From the IMG/VR virus record IMGVR_UViG_3300042375_000643, positions 1 through 52,817 of that record: a stretch of DNA of 52,817 bases; one strand, given 5' to 3'. The DNA is from a virus. Lineage: Duplodnaviria > Caudoviricetes. The notes under the pieces were generated by a model. It ran no database searches and was not told the DNA's origin. It saw only the letters and a program-made list of their open reading frames with translations. Numbering within the stretch: position 1 is the stretch's first letter; each line of letters starts with the position of its first letter. Below, piece by piece: positions 29,034 through 37,085 of this stretch. Both the position numbers and the translations under genes were made by a program.

Positions 29034-30184
29034 CATTTACCCGTTAAATTGTAACCCGTCTTACCAACCGGAGAGTAAACTATAACTTTATAATCTCCGG
29101 TTTTATTGTCAAACGGTGCCGTTACACTTGATGAAGTAATTGTGTAAACAACAAATTCTTTAACACCTTTACTATATAACGCTCTCAATTCTTCAACACC
29201 ATTGTAAACTTCAGTTTCACCCATCTTCATAAGTTCTTGGTCTGTTGGAATTTGTGTTACATTTGGAGAAAGTATTTGTCTCATTAAATCGTCAATACTC
29301 TTAACTTTAATAGTTACAACATTTGCACCACTAACAGATACAGTTTTGTTTAATTGTGTTAGTTTTGACACATATAATGGAACATATTTAAAACTTGTAT
29401 ATTTGTGAGGTGCTGTGGCAACATATCCGGTATCCTGTTTAATACCCCCCTTATTGTCAACAACAACCATTCTATCAGGAATACTTCCCGTACCAAAGGT
29501 TAATATACCCGCACCTTGTAAGTTAATATCTGTTGTTACATAATCCGCAACATCCGTTCCGGTTCCCGCAGTAATGGTCGCCTTCCAATTACAAATACTC
29601 GTAACATTCTCAACCTGTCCCGAACCCTGAATGTCAAACGTTACAAATTGTTCTTGATTATATAATTTGATTAATTGGGGATTTTTATTATCACCCTTAG
29701 TTTTATCATAAGGAGTCTTTCCTAAAACAACCTTACTAACATCCGCAGGTGCTTGAATAACCAAAGAACCGTTCTTAATTAAATTAGGGAATATCTCTTG
29801 GAAATATTGTTTAACCGAATTTGCTCTCGCCAATGCCAAACTACCTTTTGTTTCAAACCCCTTTGGATTTGTTACATTTGATTCTCCTGCACTAATGTTA
29901 ACAACAAATTGTCTACCACCACTGTTTTTAATAAATTCCTCAATTTTAGGTTTTAATGCCGCAATAGAATTTTTAACCACATCTGATTGGTATTCACCAT
30001 ATTTAAATTGATTCCCAACATTTTGTTTTGAAAATGATGTTGGTGTAGATAATTTAGTTGTTGAAACTCCACCCGATTGTTGACCTGCCTGTTCTAAAGT
30101 TAAGTATTGTCTTTTTGTTGCTCCCTCGTGAAGATTTAATATCCTATTTCTTTCCTCACTAGATATCTCAAATAAATTGTTCAT
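29030..30184 (-). CDS. Leader-bearing protein with OmpA-like peptidoglycan-binding domain
   Basis: SEERNRILNLHEGATK leader; VNISAGES...LALARANSVKQY...QFV. Confidence 0.65.
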   Translation of the reverse strand: MNNLFEISSEERNRILNLHEGATKRQYLTLEQAGQQSGGVSTTKLSTPTSFSKQNVGNQFKYGEYQSDVVKNSIAALKPKIEEFIKNSGGRQFVVNISAGESNVTNPKGFETKGSLALARANSVKQYFQEIFPNLIKNGSLVIQAPADVSKVVLGKTPYDKTKGDNKNPQLIKLYNQEQFVTFDIQGSGQVENVTSICNWKATITAGTGTDVADYVTTDINLQGAGILTFGTGSIPDRMVVVDNKGGIKQDTGYVATAPHKYTSFKYVPLYVSKLTQLNKTVSVSGANVVTIKVKSIDDLMRQILSPNVTQIPTDQELMKMGETEVYNGVEELRALYSKGVKEFVVYTITSSSVTAPFDNKTGDYKVIVYSPVGKTGYNLTGKC

Positions 30185-30198
30185 AAATTTCTTTTTAT

Positions 30199-30205
30199 AT
30201 AAATA
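30199..30205 (-). promoter_or_regulatory. TATTTAT putative late promoter
   Basis: Upstream of ATG 30184. Confidence 0.55.
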
Positions 30206-30214
30206 CCTCAGTAT

Positions 30215-30901
30215 CTATAAAACCTTATTCGATTTACGGATATTTTCTTCACCCCACATTGGTTGAAGGTTGTCTAATGACCAACATTTCATAAATTCTT
30301 CGTCTCCGATTTCTTTGATATTGAATGATGATATAGGTAGTTTATGGTCTACGTGGAACTCACCGTAATTATCCCACGTCATTCCTTCCGTAAATTGTTT
30401 TTCTAAATGATTAATTAATTCCTCCGGAGTATATCCTAAAATATCAAAATAATGTCCGTTCTTTTCTACATTACTCTCCTTTAATACTTGATAGATTGCC
30501 GTTCTGAAATTGGAGATTAGTTTATAGAGGGGGTCTCTCGCTTTACGATTTCTTTCATAATCACGTTTTGTTTTTCTAATATTGTCAACATTTTTTTCAC
30601 GGTATTCTTTAAGATACTGTTTTAAATGTTCTTTATTTTGTTCCGCCCATTTTTTGTGGTTTTTCTTTAGACGTTCTTTAGTTTCGGGTTTAGAAAAATA
30701 TTTTTTTGTGGCGACTTCTCTACCACCAATATTTCTTCTACCGGATGGTCCAAGAACAATACCGTTAGCTCTCAATGTATTTAAAACAATTGTTTTATGT
30801 ATTTTTAATTTTTCACTAATAGTGGGTGACCCTAATAAGTCCTCAGTATACAGTTTTATAATTTCACTAACCTGAGATTCAGTTAATTCTATTTTTTTCA
30901 T
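30215..30901 (-). CDS. Free-standing HNH homing endonuclease with N-terminal HTH
   Basis: MTWDNYGEFHVDHKLP...NLQPMWGEENIRKSNK. ATG 30901 chosen. Confidence 0.8.
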   Translation of the reverse strand: MKKIELTESQVSEIIKLYTEDLLGSPTISEKLKIHKTIVLNTLRANGIVLGPSGRRNIGGREVATKKYFSKPETKERLKKNHKKWAEQNKEHLKQYLKEYREKNVDNIRKTKRDYERNRKARDPLYKLISNFRTAIYQVLKESNVEKNGHYFDILGYTPEELINHLEKQFTEGMTWDNYGEFHVDHKLPISSFNIKEIGDEEFMKCWSLDNLQPMWGEENIRKSNKVL

Positions 30902-30905
30902 ATTA

Positions 30906-30912
30906 ATAAATA
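30906..30912 (-). promoter_or_regulatory. TATTTAT motif (overlaps a TTG-N19-TATATTTA host-like element)
   Basis: Directly upstream of the HNH ATG. Confidence 0.5.
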
Positions 30913-30954
30913 TAACATATTTGTCCAAAAAATCAAGTGTTAATAATTAAACAT

Positions 30955-30982
30955 AAAAAAAAGGGACATATAGTCCCTTTTT
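30955..30982 (-). terminator. Terminator after the major capsid gene
   Basis: AAAAAGGGAC-ATATA-GTCCCTTTTT. Confidence 0.8.
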
Positions 30983-31004
30983 GTTAAATATTTTAAGATT
31001 TTGA

Positions 31005-32891
31005 TTATCTCAATTCTCTTAAATCGAATGTTCTAACACCATCAACAGTAATTCTTCCGTAAAAACGGTTGTTTACCATCTTTTTTGCGTATCTCGTCAT
31101 TATACCTTTGATAGGTGTAAAGTTGAACGGATTGTACATTGTAGGTGTTAATTGTAATGGTACATACGGTGCGTAGATGTATCCTGTATCAAGTAACGAT
31201 GTTCCTTTGTGTCCAATTAACACTTGGTTAGCTGGGAAGTAAGGGTCACGGTATACTTGGTAACGTCCTGCTAATGTTCCAACTCTTTCAATACCCATAT
31301 TATATTGGTCTTGTTCAGGTGAAGCATTAGATACGTGGAAGTATTCTAAGTCATCCATAATCGCTGAAACCTCAGAAGATACTACAATCCAGTTAGCTCC
31401 ACCTCTTAAAGTAGATTTGTGGATTTGTGCTGACAATTGGTTAATTGCAGTAATCAAAGTTTGGTTCCAATCTTTTTGTGTATAGTTTGTTGTTGCAGAT
31501 ATTCTTCTCCAACCATTGTAATCCCAACGTAAGTTCCACGCTGCACCTTTACGTAAATCTCTTAAGATTTCACGGTCAATTTCAGCCGCAACTTGTTCAG
31601 ATAATAAAGCTGTTAATTCAGCTTCAGCATCGATGTTGTGGAAAGCCGCAACGTCTTGAGCTAACTCAGGAGACCATTGTGCTCTTAATTTTCTTTCTGT
31701 AACAGAAACAGTAACTGAATCTAATTCGAAAGAAACCTCACCGATTTTATCTTCAAATTCCATATCAGCGTAACGTCTGTAAACAGCTTTGAAATCACCT
31801 GAAGCTAAAACTCCAAGAGTTGTTCCTGTATATCCGTCTAATGTTTCACCACAAGAAGGACAAGTAGGACAAGATAAGTCAACTTCTAAGAAGATACGAC
31901 CTTCAGGAGAACATACGTCATTGTAAGTTCCATTACTACCTGTTCCAGGGAATGAAGTAGTACCTTGTTTGTTTAAGTTATTAACAATACCTTGACCATA
32001 TTGTTGAGTTACAACTCTAAACAATAATGAGTTTGGTGCCGCAACAGTACCAACAACATCACAAGGAGAATCTCCACTGAATGCAGTTGCCTGAGCTGAT
32101 GTATAAATTCTTAAATCAGATAAGAAAGTTTCAGTATCAACTTCATTTCCATCAGGTCCAATTAATTTACCTGTACCTGCAGTTGTGAAACCTGATAACG
32201 CGATAATAATTTTTCTAACGTTTTTACCGTTAAATTGGTTTGCTAATGCACTTGCGTCAGCAACAACTAATTCTCCGTTAGACCAAACCATAACAACCGC
32301 AGTTTTAGTAACTGCTGACCATTGACCTTTAGAATAATCAAACAATCCTGGAGGGTCTAATTGACCTTCTGAACCTTCATAGAATAAATCATAAAGATTT
32401 TTCTTGAAAGCGGTTGTTCCATTGTAACCGTTATCTGTACCTGCTTGACCTTGAGCCGCTGCAACAGATAAACCACCTACAGCACCTTGTGGTCCAAAGT
32501 GATTACCATAACCATCGTAATCATTATCAGCCGAAGGAACTTGTCCTGTTTGGTAACCTTGAATTTTAGGTACGAAGAAGAACAATTTACCGATTGGTAA
32601 GTTCATAGCTTGTACTGATACGATTTCATTCGCTAATAATTTTGAGAATACTCTTCTTACGATAGGGAATACAACAGTTTCGAATGAACCTGAAGACCCG
32701 TCAGAAGTAGCTTCGTTAATCAAGAAAGACGCTTGGTTCTCATATAATTGAGCTACGTTTTCTCTTAAGTGACCTTTAAGGCCTTCTAGGAATCCTAATT
32801 TATCCCATTTGTTGATTGTGTCTTCTTTAATAACTTTAAGGTGTTTTAACCCGATGTTACCAACTAGACCTGATTCTAATAATGCTCCCAT
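31005..32891 (-). CDS. gp23: Major capsid protein, T4 gp23-like, with large insertion
   Basis: VSVQAMNLPIG, RKLRAQWSPELAQD..AFHNIDAEAEL, AEIDREI, YAPYVPL, GIMTRY. Confidence 0.95.
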   Translation of the reverse strand: MGALLESGLVGNIGLKHLKVIKEDTINKWDKLGFLEGLKGHLRENVAQLYENQASFLINEATSDGSSGSFETVVFPIVRRVFSKLLANEIVSVQAMNLPIGKLFFFVPKIQGYQTGQVPSADNDYDGYGNHFGPQGAVGGLSVAAAQGQAGTDNGYNGTTAFKKNLYDLFYEGSEGQLDPPGLFDYSKGQWSAVTKTAVVMVWSNGELVVADASALANQFNGKNVRKIIIALSGFTTAGTGKLIGPDGNEVDTETFLSDLRIYTSAQATAFSGDSPCDVVGTVAAPNSLLFRVVTQQYGQGIVNNLNKQGTTSFPGTGSNGTYNDVCSPEGRIFLEVDLSCPTCPSCGETLDGYTGTTLGVLASGDFKAVYRRYADMEFEDKIGEVSFELDSVTVSVTERKLRAQWSPELAQDVAAFHNIDAEAELTALLSEQVAAEIDREILRDLRKGAAWNLRWDYNGWRRISATTNYTQKDWNQTLITAINQLSAQIHKSTLRGGANWIVVSSEVSAIMDDLEYFHVSNASPEQDQYNMGIERVGTLAGRYQVYRDPYFPANQVLIGHKGTSLLDTGYIYAPYVPLQLTPTMYNPFNFTPIKGIMTRYAKKMVNNRFYGRITVDGVRTFDLRELR

Positions 32892-32922
32892 TTTTTTGGT
32901 TTTTATTAATTTTAATTTATTT

Positions 32923-34446
32923 TTATTTTATTTTTGACATTAAGTCTTTCATTCTCAAGAACTGTGGGTTCTCATATGTTTTAGATTCAATTAAGTTAAC
33001 TGCTCCCGTAGACGGTGATTTAGCAATTGTTCTTTCGATTGATTCATTCATATTTTGAACGTTAGAGTTACCTGACAATTCGTTTTTAACGACTTGATAT
33101 AAATTTTTAGATTCTTTAATAGTTTCAACACCATCAAATCTTCTTAAAATGTTAATTTTTTCTTGTTTAGATGTTGAATGTTCAGTGAACAAACGTGTAG
33201 CGTAAGCCAAGTTTGAATTGAAAATTGCAACCTCATTTAATTTATTTCTAAAAATATTAAGTGCTTTTCTGTACTCCTCATTTTTTTCTCTAAGAACTTG
33301 TAGTTCAGAGTTAGAAGTATTTTCTTTAATCGCGGTATTAAAGCTTGAATGAGCTCTTGGTTTTGGTAAACCACCTTTTCTAAAGTTAGACCCAGCACCT
33401 AAAGTACGTGACGCCTCTTTTGTCTCTTCTTTTTTACCTTCAACTTTTTTAACCATTGGTTTGTTAGTTGATGATTCTTTTGTTTCAGTTTTTTTAACCA
33501 TTGAGTTTTTACCCAATTTACTTCCTGAGTTTTCACCTTCTTTGTATTCAAATTTCGCTTTACCAGTACCGACAGATTTAGGAGCCGTTTTCATTTTAGT
33601 TTTGAATCCTGTTCCTTGATTAGGTTTTGCGTTGTATTTGAATTTTGGACTTCCCATTCCAACTCCTTTAGGTTTGATAGACATTTTTTTAGATTCCATA
33701 ACTGTAGGGTCTTCATCCTCTTCTAAGTCTTCACCCTCTTCTAAGTCATACCCTTCGTACTCTTCTTCACCCATTTCGATTTCATAAACGATTTCATCTA
33801 ATTCGTCAGATTCGTCATCTGAACCGAACATTCTTTCAACAATTTCTTCAATAGATTCTTCACCCATTAAATTATCGTCTTCTTCAAGTTCGTTCCAAGA
33901 CTCTTCCATATCAACCATTCCAAAGTCATCGCCTTCTTCTTGTTCACCAACAATCATATACTCTTTTCCAGTTTCTTCATCTTTAAGGTGAGTGTTTCCT
34001 TTGTCGTCTTTAGTAACAACAATGTTATCATCCGGTCCCATAAGTTGAAATACTCTTAGTACTTCTTCGTCGTCAGCGTCAGTTAAGTCAATAGTGTCTT
34101 CTTCGTCGTCCATATCTTCTTCGTCATCGAAGTCCATATCAATTTCTTCGTCGTCACCATCTTCTTCTGTGTCGTCCATATCATCAGTATCCATTTCATC
34201 CTCTTCTTCGTCTGAATCATCACCCATATCAATATCGGCAATATCATCAGAACCCATAGGGTCTTCCATTTCAACGTCATCGGTTTCAATCTCATCATCT
34301 TGTTCAGATAAAGATTCTTTTACTAGGTCTTTGATTTCTTGTTTCATTGTAGAAGCAAGTATTCCTTTTGCATTTTCAGCTACCGCTTCTTCCAAATTTT
34401 TCATTTGGATGATAGCCTCTTCAACTAAAGATTTTTCTTTTGCCAT
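32923..34446 (-). CDS. Prohead scaffold/core protein (gp22-like role)
   Basis: Extremely acidic with coiled-coil C-terminus; directly upstream of the MCP. Confidence 0.7.
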   Translation of the reverse strand: MAKEKSLVEEAIIQMKNLEEAVAENAKGILASTMKQEIKDLVKESLSEQDDEIETDDVEMEDPMGSDDIADIDMGDDSDEEEDEMDTDDMDDTEEDGDDEEIDMDFDDEEDMDDEEDTIDLTDADDEEVLRVFQLMGPDDNIVVTKDDKGNTHLKDEETGKEYMIVGEQEEGDDFGMVDMEESWNELEEDDNLMGEESIEEIVERMFGSDDESDELDEIVYEIEMGEEEYEGYDLEEGEDLEEDEDPTVMESKKMSIKPKGVGMGSPKFKYNAKPNQGTGFKTKMKTAPKSVGTGKAKFEYKEGENSGSKLGKNSMVKKTETKESSTNKPMVKKVEGKKEETKEASRTLGAGSNFRKGGLPKPRAHSSFNTAIKENTSNSELQVLREKNEEYRKALNIFRNKLNEVAIFNSNLAYATRLFTEHSTSKQEKINILRRFDGVETIKESKNLYQVVKNELSGNSNVQNMNESIERTIAKSPSTGAVNLIESKTYENPQFLRMKDLMSKIK

Positions 34447-34469
34447 TGGTTTTATATTGTTTTTAATAT

Positions 34470-34476
34470 ATAAATA
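34470..34476 (-). promoter_or_regulatory. TATTTAT putative late promoter (second copy at 34537..34543)
   Basis: Tandem copies upstream of the scaffold-MCP operon. Confidence 0.55.
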
Positions 34477-34564
34477 TCTCCTAATACGAAAAAAGTTTAA
34501 ATTAAACTTAAATCACATCAGGTTTTTTATACATTCATAAATATCACCTAAAAATAAAAAGCAT

Positions 34565-34592
34565 AAAAAAAGAGGACTATATGTCCTCTTTT
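34565..34592 (-). terminator. Rho-independent terminator
   Basis: AAAAGAGGAC-TATAT-GTCCTCTTTT, similar to the hairpin at 30955. Confidence 0.75.
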
Positions 34593-34613
34593 GTTTGATA
34601 ATTGAAAATTTAA

Positions 34614-34823
34614 TTACTCGATTACTTCGTCAATTTTACTTTCTACAATTGCAGTGATTCTCCACTCCATTGTGTAATGTTCGAAAACTTTAGTAACTTT
34701 TGCCTCTACGTCAGTAGGGTTATAACCACTTACTAATTTTTCTTCTCTCATTTTTTTAATCTTTCCTGATGCCTCATCAACTGAGTCTAAGGTAACTTTT
34801 GCGATAAAATACTTTTCTTCCAT
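34614..34823 (-). CDS. Small protein resembling one half of Bacteroidota DUF4494
   Basis: YFIAKV..DEASGKIKK..E..LV....TDVEAKV...I..SKI.EV pattern, recalled from memory. Confidence 0.55.
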   Translation of the reverse strand: MEEKYFIAKVTLDSVDEASGKIKKMREEKLVSGYNPTDVEAKVTKVFEHYTMEWRITAIVESKIDEVIE

Positions 34824-34837
34824 TTTTTGTTATTAAT

Positions 34838-35563
34838 TTAGTATCCCAAATAATCGTTTAATTTTTTCATTAAGTCAAGCGATTTATTTCCGGAATCTCC
34901 AACGTGTCTTTCAACACTCATTTTTTTCTCTTCTTCTAAGTTCTCATCATATAGATGTTTGTCGTCTTTATTTAAGAATAGATACGCTCCCGGAGTTGAA
35001 GGTGAAGATACTAAGTCGAAACAGATTAATTCAAAATCATCCTGTACTTCATTTTGTTCCCCAATTTTTTTAAGGGACCCTACACCTCTTGAGGATATCC
35101 CCAATGTAACACCTTGTCTAAGGTAGTTAGCGGCTAAGTCACCTTTGGTTGATACGATACCTCTTTCGTGGTAACCTGGTGAAGTAAGAAGTTTTATCTT
35201 ACCCATTAGTACATTACCTTCCCACCATACTTCGGTGATTGCGTGAGACACTCTATCTAAATCGATTAGAGATGATTCCGGGTGATTTAACTCGGATAGG
35301 GCGGTACCCTTTTTAATCATTTTTTTATAGTTCTCGGCCTCTCTTTTTAATATACGTTCAGGGTATGTTCTACCATTTCTATTTGGGGTATTATATTTTT
35401 GTAATACAGCATAAAATTCAAATGGTTTAGAGTGGTCTAACATTTCGTTAGATTCTCTAATTAAGCTTTCATTACGATTGTCATTTGGATTAATATATCC
35501 CGCATCGTACTCAACTAATATACCTTTTCCTGATTCGCTTGGTTGTAATATTCTTAATTTCAT
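34838..35563 (-). CDS. gp21: Prohead protease, T4 gp21-like
   Basis: NRNGRTYP, ELNHP, GISSRGVGS, DLVSSPSTPGA. Confidence 0.92.
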   Translation of the reverse strand: MKLRILQPSESGKGILVEYDAGYINPNDNRNESLIRESNEMLDHSKPFEFYAVLQKYNTPNRNGRTYPERILKREAENYKKMIKKGTALSELNHPESSLIDLDRVSHAITEVWWEGNVLMGKIKLLTSPGYHERGIVSTKGDLAANYLRQGVTLGISSRGVGSLKKIGEQNEVQDDFELICFDLVSSPSTPGAYLFLNKDDKHLYDENLEEEKKMSVERHVGDSGNKSLDLMKKLNDYLGY

Positions 35564-35579
35564 TTTGAATGTTTTATTT

Positions 35580-35586
35580 ATAAATA
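35580..35586 (-). promoter_or_regulatory. TATTTAT putative late promoter
   Basis: Upstream of ATG 35563. Confidence 0.55.
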
Positions 35587-36057
35587 TTAAACATTCTCGG
35601 TTTGTAACGATTCTTCTTCTATTTTGCTCTTTTTAGTTAAATAAAAATTGAAATATTCATTTTTTAAAAAATTTGTTTTAAAGATTTGTTTTGTAATTTC
35701 TTGGAGTGTGTTTTTTATTTCAGTACCTTTGATATCTAAACCTTCTTCTTGTAGGTAGAAATTTATTTCAAGATTCATAAATGATTTTTTTCCCATATTA
35801 AGACCACTTGAACGTAAATCTAAATCAACGATAAATTTGTCAGTAAAAATTTTTTTATTAATTGTTTCGTAAATTGAGTGTTTGACACCTCGACTTAGGT
35901 TTAGGACGACTCTTGTCCAATTTTCGGATTCTTCTATTGGTTCCACCCACGTTTGGATGTTTAAGTATAGAGATTTGAGGTTTATGGAATCGACTGTTCC
36001 GTAGATAACTTTAGCGGTTTTAAAACCGGATAGCTGAGAGGTTTTCCCCTTTTTCAT
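35587..36057 (-). CDS. Hypothetical protein
   Basis: 156 aa; TTTG-N20-TATTTTTA upstream, divergent from rpsU. Confidence 0.75.
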   Translation of the reverse strand: MKKGKTSQLSGFKTAKVIYGTVDSINLKSLYLNIQTWVEPIEESENWTRVVLNLSRGVKHSIYETINKKIFTDKFIVDLDLRSSGLNMGKKSFMNLEINFYLQEEGLDIKGTEIKNTLQEITKQIFKTNFLKNEYFNFYLTKKSKIEEESLQTENV

Positions 36058-36129
36058 TAATTTTCATATTATTCTGTTTATTGTTTCCATAAAAATAGGG
36101 GTTTTTAGGTCAATAGTCAAAATTTTTCG

Positions 36130-36137
36130 TATATTTG
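36130..36137 (+). promoter_or_regulatory. Bacteroidota -7 promoter element
   Basis: TATATTTG upstream of rpsU. Confidence 0.55.
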
Positions 36138-36152
36138 TGATATATGTAATAT

Positions 36153-36347
36153 ATGATAATAGTTAAACTAAATAACAACATTACGATTGAAAAGGCCTTA
36201 AAACTTTATAAGAGTAAAGTAATTAAGACACGTCAAAGTGGGGAACTTTTTAAAAGAAAGGAATTTGTTAAGAAATCTGTTATTAAAAGAGCTGAACTTT
36301 CTAAGGCTAAGTATGTCCAAAAAAAGTTCAATTCCGATAATGATTAA
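36153..36347 (+). CDS. rpsU: Phage-encoded ribosomal protein bS21
   Basis: 64 aa, IEKALKLYKSK..KT...L..RKEFVKKSV.KR....KAKY; Bacteroidota-type C-terminus. Confidence 0.88.
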   Translation: MIIVKLNNNITIEKALKLYKSKVIKTRQSGELFKRKEFVKKSVIKRAELSKAKYVQKKFNSDND

Positions 36348-37063
36348 AGATTCTCTTTAAGATTCTTAAGTTTGAAATACGTAAGTTTGTCGTATTTTTC
36401 AGAAATTACTTTTGATATTGTTTCATCAATTCTTGTTTGCATTGAATTATCAGTGCTAGCATTTTTCATTTCTGTTAGTTTTTCAACCACACCTTCTTTA
36501 AGTGTGATATATTTTTCATTTAATGTTGAGTCATCCTCAGACAATAAATTCATTAATTCTTTTTTGTCAGATTCATTTAAACCGTCAATATAATTTTTGA
36601 TAGTTTTGTTTGCAACGCTCACCATTGTTGATAATGGTAGGTCGATACCTTCAGTTTTTGTTATTGGTAATTTTTTAAGAGATTCGGCAATTACTTTTCT
36701 ACTTTTGATTTTTGATTCAATAGTTAAAACATCACTAGAGAATAATGTGTCAATATCTGTATAACTACTTTCCACATTTTTATTTCCAACCCAAGCAACG
36801 ATTTTATTAATATCAGATTGTTTTATTTTGTTTACGGTATTCTCGTAAATTTTAATACACTCATTGATGTAATCATTACAGTAAGATTCACTTAAAGATT
36901 TTGGTGAACTTAGTTCATCGTATAAATAAAACAATTTGCTAATGTTTTTATTTTCAATAACAAGTTTCTTAAATGTTTTTAATTCGTTTTTGAATGTGTC
37001 GTTAGCATATGATTCTAACAATACATTTTCTATCTTTGTTTTTAATAAACCAAAATTTTTCAT
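36344..37063 (-). CDS. Hypothetical helical protein in the head module
   Basis: 239 aa, downstream of portal. Confidence 0.75.
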   Translation of the reverse strand: MKNFGLLKTKIENVLLESYANDTFKNELKTFKKLVIENKNISKLFYLYDELSSPKSLSESYCNDYINECIKIYENTVNKIKQSDINKIVAWVGNKNVESSYTDIDTLFSSDVLTIESKIKSRKVIAESLKKLPITKTEGIDLPLSTMVSVANKTIKNYIDGLNESDKKELMNLLSEDDSTLNEKYITLKEGVVEKLTEMKNASTDNSMQTRIDETISKVISEKYDKLTYFKLKNLKENL

Positions 37064-37077
37064 ATCTAATTTTTATT

Positions 37078-37084
37078 ATAAATA
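37078..37084 (-). promoter_or_regulatory. TATTTAT putative late promoter
   Basis: Upstream of ATG 37063. Confidence 0.55.
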
Positions 37085-37085
37085 T

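Noticed and set aside
34094-34540. Poly-Ser ORF, and other antisense ORFs over portal and 27084..27719
   Set aside because: Reverse-complement shadows of Asp/Glu- or Ala/Pro-rich coding sequence
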